Part shown: positions 25,379 through 36,048 of the stretch, piece after piece | How the letters are laid out: each line of letters opens with the position of its first letter | Numbering within the stretch: the first letter of the stretch is position 1 | NCBI GenBank assembly: GCA_951406725.2 | Contig: OX597819.1 | Coordinates: 37,510,001 to 37,574,000, forward strand | Length of the DNA stretch: 64,000 bases | DNA from: Octopus vulgaris | Taxonomy: Eukaryota | Reading direction: 5' to 3' | Program-made: the position numbers and the translations under genes | Notes under the pieces: generated by a model | Database searches by the model: none | What the model saw: the letters and a program-made list of their open reading frames with translations, nothing else | Told to the model about the DNA's origin: nothing

Positions 25379-26467
25379 CTTGAGAAATTAAAAGAAAAAT
25401 TGTTCTTATAAGTTCCATCTTAAGTGTAAAAAAAGACAAATCATAAAATTATACAAATATAACAGATAATTGAACATTTAGAGATGACAGAATTCTTTAA
25501 TATGAGGAAATTTATTTATAATATCAGATTTTTATGGTTTCATTGAGAAAAGCTCATATATATATATATATATATACACACACACGATATATGTATGTAT
25601 GCATGGAGAGAGAGAGAGTGGTTAGTGTTAGGAAGGACAACCAGCTGTAAAATCCCTGCCAAAACAGACAGCAGTCTTGGGTAGATTTTCTACCTGGCTG
25701 GATCCTGTCAACCGTCCTACCCATGTATGCATGGAATATGGGTGTTAAACGATGATGAGAAAGAGATACAAATTTGTGTCAAAAGATTTCAGGATATAGA
25801 ATCAGATGAGTAAAAGACTGCAGTTTTGTAAATTTGGCTGTAAAATAAATAAAAAAAGATTTTTTTAAATTCTAATATTTGTTCATACAAGTCAAAGTAA
25901 ATGCTTACACACAAGATTAGAAAACTACAAGAATATATCACAACTACTTCCTACTGTAAACTTTGAAGTTACCATCTCTGCAAATTAAAACTGAGTAAAC
26001 TGCTTCAAGAATTTTAGCGACAATAAAATTGCTACAAAGAAGTCATTAGGAAGGGTAAAAAGAAAATAAAGACACCATCACCCCCACTCCATAAACACTG
26101 CAGCTTTGACCTTAGTTTCCCACTAGAAGTTTTTACATTTTACATTTTTTTTTTTTTAATTGCCTTTGAACAATAAACTTGATTTTAATGTATACAGGCA
26201 CACACATGGCCAAAAAGTTAAAAGTTCTCTTTGCAATACCAAGCTGTGGTACTAATGCAAGTCATCATCAACATCATCATTTAATGTTCATTTTCCTTGC
26301 TGGCATGAGTTATCCTTAGGCTGATCCATGCTTTGTGAGTGAAATGAAGTTAACAGAAACCACGTGGAATGCACCGAGTGGTGCTGTACCTGTAATATAA
26401 AGTAATGTCCTATATACTCTCACACTATTTTTGCCTGGGGATTTCCTTAAAGATATGTCTGTGGAAA

Positions 26468-26651
26468 GGTGAGCGAGCTGGCAGAAACGTTAGTACGCCG
26501 AGCAAAATGCTTACCGCCGGGGTCGACTTTGCCTTTCATCCTTTCGGGGTTGATAAATTAAGTACCAGTTACTCAATGGGGTCAATGTAATCAACTTAAT
26601 CCGTTTGTCTGTCCTTCTTTGTCCCCTCTATGTTTAGCCCCTTGTGGGTAA
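26468..26651 (+). mobile_element. SINE with 11-bp TSD
   Basis: gagctggcagaaacgttag head and gtcgactttgcctttcatcctttcgggg core. TSD gtctgtggaaa at 26457-26467 and 26652-26662. Confidence 0.88.
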
Positions 26652-27369
26652 GTCTGTGGAAAACTCTTACATACATTATGCTTGGTTGACCATTTAAGAT
26701 TCAAACTCAATGGAGAATCCATTTACACATATTCTGAAGTTACTTTTTCTTTTGAAATGTGTGTAGTTCTTTCTTCTTATACTTACAGATGTGTCATCTT
26801 TTAAACATTCTAAATAACCAGAAGTACTTTCATACTTTAAACAGAATTAAGTCCCAGCTCAAACCCTATCTAATCGCTGATACAAAACTGTAACAAAACA
26901 TGCCCTGTCTATATAAGCCTTGGATATGTTGATGACTCACTGCAGATGTTTGGTGCAGCAATGTTATAAAATACTTAGTGAGGCTCATTCTGAGATCTAT
27001 TATAAACATATTCAACCATATGGCACAATAGTAATAAAATCAATACAATTAAAGTTTACAATCAACCTGCATAAAATATATTTTATGAGTCTAGCATCTG
27101 GCTGTACATTGCACTTCATCAGGATACATGTGGTCAGAAAAACAAGTTCTCACATTTTCCTTTCAAACTGTAATATTTACATTTATTCCTCTATTTATAT
27201 ATGAAAGCTTTTTCAAAAATCTTAAAATTATTAACTTTTGTCACCCATTTTGTAGGACATTATTTCAAACACAAACAGTAATATATGATATAAGCATTCC
27301 AATTTCTTAAAACAATTTACTGGGGTGGGGACAAAAAAAAACTAATTTGTGTAGAAGACATATACATAC

Positions 27370-27481
27370 TTAGAACTTAAACCACCACCTGGTGGCAATC
27401 CTTCTATTTCATCATCCATCAACTCGTGCATCACAAGAGAAAGGTCGACATCATCTTCAGGTTTGCAGTTGTCTAGGATTT
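27370..27481 (-). CDS. PPM1A: PP2C phosphatase PPM1A/B-like, C-terminal domain exon
   Basis: ttttgtag acceptor and gtatgt donor. The 112 nt read (E)ILDNCKPEDDVDLSLVMHELMDDEIEGLPPGGGLSS(K), with the LPPGGGL signature of the PP2C_C domain. Phases match both neighbours. Confidence 0.93.
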
Positions 27482-28379
27482 CTACAAAACAAAATAAATA
27501 AATGAGTACACTAGTTAAGAAAGCAAGATGTAATTTCCTCAGTAATAGCCGATTAATTGACATATACTAAATGTTAGTGTTTCAATGGAAGTAGATAACA
27601 TAAGGCAAAGGTGGTTTATATTAAAAACATAAAAACAGACTATATGATATTGTGAAATGAGGAGTAAAATAATTATTACTATGGCAATATTAATGACAAA
27701 AAGAAAGAGGGGATGTAGAAGTTTGTCATTGTAATATGTAACTAATAAGATATAGAAATTAACCATTGTAGAATGTAACTGAAATAGATGAAACAGACCA
27801 GCCATTGTAATATTTAGCTGTAACAGATGAGATGTAAAAACTGAAAGTAATATGTAATTGTAGTAAAAAACAAAAGCAAAAAGAAAACTGACAATTTTTT
27901 TATTCAATTCTTCAGTCTGAAAGAGGAGGAGGAAGTGGTGGTGATGAAGTATCCATAATCTCTCTAAAATGGGAGACTCCAATATAGCTATATTCAGCTT
28001 AAATAACGACAGCAATATGCTTGCAAAATGGGTTTTTCTGGATAAATGCTCCCTAATGAAGGACAATGTGCAGCTAGATGGCTTGGCTAAGCTCATCAAA
28101 TGTATTATATGCAGTCTAATCATAAAATTTAATAGTATTGATTATATGAGAATTGAGCCATATGGCTAAATGTGTTTATAATTGTTCAAACAATTAGCTT
28201 CACTAAGTATTTTATAACACTGTTGCATGAAAACATCAAAAATGCATCAATATGTCCATGGCATATAGACAAGACATGTTTTACTATGGTTGTATATTGG
28301 CAAGCCAAGTATGCAATGAGGTACGAAACTTAACTTCTAGGACCCAATTCTCTTTAAAGTATGGAAGCACCTCTGATTA

Positions 28380-28904
28380 TACAGGCCATTTCAAAAGTGA
28401 TACAACTATAAGAAGATAAAACTATATGGAAGTGAACTTGATGTAAAACTATTAATGAGAGCAACAGCGAATTCTAGGTCAACAGCATGTGGCAGTTGAA
28501 ATGGGTGTTATGTACTCTACTAATATTCATTCAATTGCGTTGCATCAGCAATGGCATTTCCCAAAGATGGACATGGTGTTCATTGTTGAATTTTTGTTTT
28601 GTATTTACAGTTATTGAATGTTAATGTAACTGGCATCTTTTCGTCATTTGTGCCATTTCCTTTAACCAGGATGCAATTTCATAGCTGTATCAATAATAAG
28701 CATGTCTATTTTTGGAAATGCCATAGCTGACACATCTCAATGAATATCTGAGCAATACTGGTACATAACACAATCATTCTAACTGCTACATTCTGTTGAC
28801 CTTGAGTACTAGGTTAACTGATTAACACCTGGGCATCATATACACCTGCATGTACATTCTACACTCTTTCCCCTAAGGTGCATCATTTTAAAAAATACCC
28901 TGCA
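28380..28904. mobile_element. Decayed Tc1/mariner-type non-autonomous element
   Basis: Degenerate TIRs tacaggccatttcaaaagtgatacaac and ggtgcatcattttaaaaaataccctgca. Confidence 0.4.
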
Positions 28905-29384
28905 CTCCTCTTACACAATCATATTTAATTACCTTTTGTGTAGATATATATCTATAAAAATTTTATTTATCCATACTTATCAATAAGTATTGTCCGTGAA
29001 AAAAAGAGAGCTGATAGAGAATCGACAAGTTAACTCTTTTTATAAAGAATGCTTAGCAATTGTAAATGACCCCCCCCAAAAAAAAACCCACTTGTCTGAT
29101 CTACGATTCTTGCATTAACATTGAAGAAACTTGTGTATCATCGTGTATTACAAATGTGAATAAGCAACTTTTTTCAGGTGACAGGTAGCAGCGATGCAAT
29201 TTCTCTTGCAACACTGCACAGTGCATCATATCATTTAAGGGAGGAACTAGAGATAATATTTTGAAATGCATCATCAGAGCCCTCAAAATGTTCAACATCA
29301 CTGTTCAATATACATTCTCTCTTATTAATGGGGTACCTGCAATGTTAACGTAATAGGATTCACTTTCTCCAAAAATCATCGCGA

Positions 29385-29738
29385 AGTGGTAAGTAGCTTG
29401 CTTACCAACCACATGATTCCAGGTTCAGTCCCCACTGTGTGGCACCTTGGGCAAGTGTCTTCTACTATAGCCTCGGGCCGACCAAAGCCTTGAGTGGATT
29501 TGGTAGATGGAAACTGAAAGAAGCTCGTCGTATATATGTGTGTGTGTTTGTCCCCCTCCCCCCCAACATCACTTGACAATCGATGCTGGTGTGTTTACGT
29601 TCCTGTAACTTACAGACCGATAGAATAAATACTAGGCTAACAAAGAATAAGTCTTGGGGTCTATTTGCTCAAATAAAGGCGGTGCTCCAGCATGGCCACA
29701 TTCAAATGACTGAAACAAGTAAAAGAGTAAAAGAGAGA
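29385..29738 (+). mobile_element. tRNA-derived SINE, near full length
   Basis: Colinear with 47071-47436. Confidence 0.9.
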
Positions 29739-31060
29739 GTAAATACATGATGTTATGTGTTGTCAGTGTTATTCATCATGAAAACTGTATAGCTCTTCAT
29801 TCCATTATGCTTGATGAGATGAAAGCTATCATTTCTTTTGTGCACTATATCTTCTTAGCACAGGCACTAAATCACTGAAAACCCCAATTTTGTGAACACT
29901 GTTATTGATTACAAGTTTCCAACAGACCAATTACTGGTTCATTGCATTCATGAAGGCAGAGTAACAGGGAATTATCTGTAAAATTCGGAACAGATACCAC
30001 AAGAGCCTTCATTCAAAAGTACTAGTTTGTCTTTTTTTTACCAAAATAATTCACACAAGTTACTGCACAATTTTCAACTAGCAAATTTCACTCATGAGGC
30101 ATTAGTCAATCTGAGACTATGATAGAGGACACCTGTGCCAAATGCCAAGCAGTGAGGTTGAATTTGGAACTACATGGTCATGTGAGTTTCATAAGCATGT
30201 CTACTGATGATTTTGTTTGTAGATTTTTACAATTTCAGAGTTATGATGCTAAAACCTAGCCATGTAAAACTTCACTGTAATTACAGTGATCTCTTTGTGA
30301 ACAGCTCTTTCTGTTTACAAGCACCAATTTCTTTGAATCAGTCAAGAGTTTGAATTTAGCAACTAATAAGTGTCTGTATTCATTTTCTAATATGAAATAA
30401 CACATCCAATGAAAAAAAAAGTCCAATAAATGAAAATTGTAATACATTTTACCATCTTTAAATCTATAAAGCATTTGTTGGTGGCTGTGTTACTCTCACA
30501 ACTTGTCTACTTGTCTACATAATTTAGGTAAAATCTATGACTAAAATTTACATAATTTAGTTAAGATCTAACCTGTGGTAGTAACTGTCCATTTTTGTTT
30601 TTTTTTTCTTTCCACTCCACAGAAAATTTGTATTTTGTGTGATCATACTGCTGATAAAGAAGACCCATTTAATCCGAAATAATATATTACAGCAGAATAC
30701 TGTGATAAACAAGCTGCTCCACTATATTCTCAATTTTAAATCACAAATACTGGCTCTAGATTTTTTTGGTTTTGTGATGAACAATAATACATGCAGATAC
30801 CATCGATTCCTCTTGCCCATATAACTTGAAAGACTGCAATCTTAAATTTAAACTCAATAAAATGGATATCATTGATCTGCCTATATTTCTTCTAGTCGAT
30901 GATTTTTTATTAACCATAAAAGGTCTTTTACATAGAGGGGACACTACAACACGTTGGGGACACAAAACATCAAAAAAATTATCGTATGATAAAATGAGAG
31001 AAAGGATGAGAATGAGAGATGAAAGTGATGCTAACGGCCCCATCCGCTAGCATCACTTAC

Positions 31061-31078
31061 CTGTCCTTCCTCCTTAAA
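31061..31078 (-). other. Candidate PPM1 microexon (18 nt, or 12 nt via an inner AAG acceptor)
   Basis: Minus strand atatgcatttctttctag|TTTAAGGAGGAAGGACAG|gtaagt, with consensus donor, pyrimidine tract and upstream TGC. Confidence 0.6.
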
Positions 31079-32879
31079 CTAGAAAGAAATGCATATAGTC
31101 CTCCAGTTTAGAATTAAATTTCCTTTCCTTTTCAGACAATCTTTCCTCTTCAATTTTATAACTGTTCCTGAGTAACCAATGCTGAACAGTGGAAAATTAT
31201 TAAAACTTTACTTGTCTCCCTTAGTTGCTGTTTCTTTTAAGGACAATTCATTGAACAAGAGAAATAAATATGACTTGGCCTGTTGGTCTGATGACAACCT
31301 TCATAATAACTGGTTTCAGTGTGCTATCTCATTGCTTTGGAAACACTACTCAAAGAAACTGGTTTATAAATGACCTCCATTTTCTTACAACAAAGCTTGT
31401 CTGCCATTTCTCTTCACCAGCTCTCATGATTTTTTGAACTACAGTAATCAGAATAAATGGCCTCTCTCAAACAAAGTGATTTCTATCTACAGTAAGTTGC
31501 TACACAACTAATGAATGGTTAATTTGCATTAAGAAAAGATTTTTTTTTCCAATAAGCATACTTGAGTACTAAAAATAGTATCATTATAGCATGTCAATAT
31601 TTTCTAAGTCATCATTGTTCATTGAAAAGAAAATTAATTACCACTAATTTACAAACACACACATTTTGGAGAGAGGGGGAGGGAGGGGGTATTTTCACAT
31701 AAATTCAGACACAAATGCTCTTGGAAGTAATTCTATGTTGATGATCTTATGAAAAACAACTTAAATCTCCAAAGAAAGCATTGAATCACTAATTCCAAAA
31801 CCAAACCCATTAGTGGCAGACAGTAAAATCATTGAAGTTATTTATAATGTTAAGAAAACTATGAGTATCTGACCAGCTTGGAAGAAATTATTTGAACTGC
31901 TTATTTGATCAACTGAAGTTCTTGCTTAATCCATGCTAGCAAGTAAAAAGTGGATGTTAAAACAATGACGACGATGATAAAGGATGCCTCTGTATTGCAA
32001 TGGCATACTCATTACATGTTAATTTGTCCTGTGGACATTTATAACCTGAAATTCTTTCACTTTTTACTCTTGTCATGAAACACTACAAAGAAAATATTGT
32101 TAGAATTAAATCAAAATGGTTTTCTGATGTAAATTGATGTAGGGTTACCCTACAGCAAATGATTAAGGACAGGCGACTGTCCACCCAACCTCCAATAGTG
32201 GAGTGATGTTGATGGTACTGATTTTTGTAGTATATGCAACTTAATATTTTGGATAGACATTAACTATGATCTGATGAATCTTAATGTTTACTATGGATTT
32301 GTAAGTATAACTGCAATGAATGGAAAAAGATCCAATTAAATTATCTTTTTTAAAGGTATTTAGCCTATATACATAGTGAGTAATAGACAGGAATCTATGT
32401 TGTAGCAGTAACTAAGCATAGAAAACTAATCAACTACATAATTACAGAATTAGTCATTTTCTTCACAAAACTCTTTAGCTTAATGAACATTAAAGTAGTT
32501 GTATGAGAGTTAATGACTATTAACACCACTAGAACTAAGATAATGATATCCTGATGGTGGTTCTTACTAGTGTCATATAAATGACCTATCTTTCCAACTG
32601 TTAAATTGATTAGCAAGTGCAAAACAATATATTGTTACTTTGAGTTCTAAATTCTAAAATACCAACACTAATAGAAGAAAAAAAAAATTAAATTAAATTA
32701 TAAAACCAGTGTGATGAAAACAAAAAAATATCAGTGCTTGTATTGGAATGACACACATGAAATTTAATCTAAAATATCTAGCAGAGATGAAGGCTTCCAA
32801 ATCTAATAAAAATGGAAAATGAAACAAGCAGTAAGAAACAAAAAAGATGAGTTATTAAAAATAATCTGAGAATAGCTGA

Positions 32880-33910
32880 GTAACAAAATGAATTAGATAA
32901 GGGTGACAACTTTAAGTATTAGAGATCAAAAGAAAACTTTCTTCTATTCCAAATAGAATGTATAATGGAGGAAAAATACCCCAAATAATTAGGGAAGATC
33001 AAGAAGTTACCATGATAAATGCTGTTACATTCAGTCAAAAGTTTACTTAAGTAAAATTAGGTTATCTTCTATTATAATGCTTAGAAAAAATGCAGCCATG
33101 ATCATTGATGCGGGCAAAGTGAAAGATTGATTAGAGAGGTTATAGACATGCTATAGAGGAAGTAAGTGGATGTGTGTTATGCACAAGAGATGAAACAGAA
33201 GGGAGCCTCAGCTAGACTACACATGTAAGGAACACAGGCATAAATTCTTTTTGGTAGGTATATTGTTAGCTGAGACATGGATAAAATAATGATTCAGATA
33301 ATTCATTTGCAAAAAAATAACTAAGATTAGATTAGTTATAGACAAATCAATAACAAGTCTGATTTCTACCTATGCTCTCCAGTCAGAACTAACATACGAG
33401 CGAAAGGATCGTTTTTATGAGATGTTTTGCAAACAACCTTCGAAACAGTGAAAAGTTATCTTATTATTACAGTGTCTAATAGACATGTTGAACAATCAGG
33501 ATAACTGCTGCACATGTGGATATGGCCATAGTACAAGGAAAGAAGAATGATCATGGTTTTTGGAGTTTTGCTATGTAAATGACCTAACTTGAGAATATGC
33601 TAGCCAGAGAGACTACTACTAACCAGGAAACAAAATAGAGAGCTGATTACAAGTGTCAAGAACCTCCCTGATGGACAAAGAGTGTAATTAGTCACCTCAA
33701 GATAAGAACTAGATGCACCCAGAAGCAGAAAGCTAACTGGGAAAGGAAGGAGTGGAAGCTCACAATTCATACATAACTTTCAATAATTACACAACCTTAA
33801 TACACATAACTTTCAATAACTGACAACATTTACAGTGAGAAGGGGAAAGAGATAAAGGAATTTGACAGAGGATAACTGCATGGGAAACTACAATGATCCT
33901 TTGGGCTCAA
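32880..33910 (+). mobile_element. Highly decayed RTE-like LINE, endonuclease region
   Basis: Purine-rich remnant with AP-endonuclease-like traces (gtggatgtgtgttatgcacaagag, acctatgctctccag). No intact ORF. Confidence 0.45.
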
Positions 33911-33948
33911 TCTCCAATGCAAGGAAAATTTTCCTCCAGCAGTATTAA

Positions 33949-34165
33949 CCCTTTTATTACCATATTTCTGTTGAAAAATGCTACTTTAGTTGCAGTCAAT
34001 TCTGAAAATAAAGAATTTACTACATTAACTTTTCCATTACTGAGCTGGTATTTGGAACATAAATTAACATAAAATTTTGATGGACAGTTTTAATTTAGAT
34101 CACTTTAAAACAAAAAGCTTATATAGATTTTTAAGGTGGCCTCAGATCGGTTGGTATCAAAAGGG
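33949..34165. mobile_element. piggyBac-type MITE (TTAA TSD, CCCTTT termini)
   Basis: ttaa-cccttttattacc ... ggtatcaaaaggg-ttaa. Confidence 0.75.
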
Positions 34166-34486
34166 TTAAAGACCTCAAAAAAGGTCATGGGTACAGCCTC
34201 TCTTCCTCTAAATGATTAAAGGGTGGAGAGGGGGTGAAAGTAAGAGGTCTGCTAATATTCTATAGCATGTGAATCAGAAGTATGATCTCTTGAATTGCAA
34301 GGCAGTATGTCAGGCATCACCAGTTGAAAGTATATACAGAATGACTGCAGCACACTTGCTTTAGAGGCATAGAAATGGTTCTGTGAGCTGTTGCTGAATA
34401 ATAGGGATGTAACAGGCAAAAGAAGAATGGCTCCAAACGCATTAAGTCCACACACACACACACACACACAAAGAAAAAAAGCTATT
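34112..34486 (+). repeat. Local duplication, copy 1 (375 bp)
   Basis: Near-identical to 35672-36048. Confidence 0.95.
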
Positions 34487-34623
34487 GTGGTAGATTTCTA
34501 AATGATAGAAAAGCCATTAAGGATATGAACATAGGGAAAACTTGATGATTAGCAAGTCACCAAAATGCTGAAAGTATCTAGCAAAGTATAACATACACTG
34601 GTTACTTGCATTATCAATTTAAG

Positions 34624-34998
34624 TAGGTGCAGGTATGGCTGTGTTGTAAGAAGTTTGCTTCCTAACCACATGGTTCCAGGTTGAGTCCCACTGTGTGACA
34701 ATTTAAGTGTCTTCTACTATAAACCTGGACCAACCAAAACCTTGCAAGTGGATTTGGTAAACAAACTGGAAGAAACCCATAGAGTATGTGCATGTGTGAG
34801 TGTGTGCCCTAGTCTAACATACAAGCAGTGTTGTTCATTTGCAAAATTCTGCAAGAACATGTCCAGCCATACGGAAATATTAACTTGCTTGGAAAAAGGT
34901 GAGGGTTGGTGACAGGAAGAGCATTTGGCTGTAGAAAATCTGCTTCAAACTCTGTCCAACCCATGCAAACATGGAAAAGTAGACATTAAATGATGATG
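34624..34998 (+). mobile_element. tRNA-headed SINE with RTE-like (GAT)n tail
   Basis: tggctgtgttgtaag...ggttgagtccc head, ending gtccaacccatgcaaacatggaaaagtagacattaaatgatgatg. Confidence 0.8.
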
Positions 34999-35342
34999 TG
35001 TTATCTCCAATAACTGACATAGCAACATCATTATTTGTTACAGAGAGGTGCTTTAGAAAGCAGTAACTACAAAAGCTTTGAACAGGTGGACCAAGCCATG
35101 AAAGTGGCAGAGAGTTATAATTAAGCTACTTCAAGGGCAAGAACTTAAATGAGATATAGATTGGGTCTATGGCATCAGTGATGTCCTCTTCTTAATGGGG
35201 CAACTATATGTTCTTAATGAATGAGTTATAACAAGTATTTGTTAACTTAAAAAAGGATTTTGATAGTGTATTATAAACTGGTGGTCACTAGTAAGTCGGG
35301 ATACAAGAATGGCTTATGAGAGCCAAGCAATGTACAGGATGT

Positions 35343-35596
35343 ACAGGCATATGGCGTAGTGGTTAAGAGCGCGGGCTACTAACCCCAAGATTCCAAGTTC
35401 GATTCCAAGCAGTGACCTGAATAATAATATCGAAAAATACCTTAAAAATGAGAACCTAGGTTTGAAATTTCCCCAAGACACCTGATGAAAGCTGGAAGGT
35501 ATATCAGCCGAAGCGTGTTAACAACAAACAAGATGAGGACAAATATCCGTCAAATGCAAATAATGTACATAATTCCTCATCTCTTAAATATACAAC
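35343..35596 (+). mobile_element. tRNA-headed short element with a hammerhead-like motif and 12-bp direct repeats
   Basis: A-box TGGCGTAGTGG, B-box GTTCGATTCC, CTGATGA-stem-GAAG at 35482-35513. Flanking tgtacaggatgt at 35331-35342 and 35597-35608. Confidence 0.8.
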
Positions 35597-35671
35597 TGTA
35601 CAGGATGTTGTTAGTAAAGTTAGTTGGAAACTATTTCAGTGAAAAATTTAGCGAAGGTAGGCAGCCACTAT

Positions 35672-36048
35672 AAAAAGCTTATATAGATTTTTAAGGTGGC
35701 CTCAGATCGGTTGGTATCAAAAGGGTTAAAGACCTCAAAAAAGGTCATGGGTACAGCCTCTCTTCCTCTAAATGATTAAAGGGTGGAGAGGGGGTGAAAG
35801 TAAGAGGTCTGCTAATATTCTATAGCATGTGAATCAGAAGCATGATCTCTTGAATTGCAAGGCAGTATGTCAGGCATCACCAGTTGAAAGTATATACAGA
35901 ATGACTGCAGCACACTTGCTTTAGAGGCATAGAAATGGTTCTGTGAGCTGTTGCTGAATAATAGGGATGTAACAGGCAAAAGAAGAATGGCTCCAAACGC
36001 ATTAAGTCCACACACACACACACACACACACAAAGAAAAAAAGCTATT
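35672..36048 (+). repeat. Local duplication, copy 2
   Basis: By eye differs from copy 1 only by one T/C (34281 vs 35841) and one CA unit. Confidence 0.95.

Noticed and set aside
27539-28123. Longest ORF in the window (194 aa, hydrophobic)
   Set aside because: T-rich intronic sequence giving an F/L/I-biased peptide, with no domain or splice support.
35346-35418. tRNA gene (anticodon-like loop CT-ACT-AA, A and B boxes)
   Set aside because: The acceptor and T stems do not pair, and it continues into a repeat body with flanking direct repeats, so it is a SINE head.
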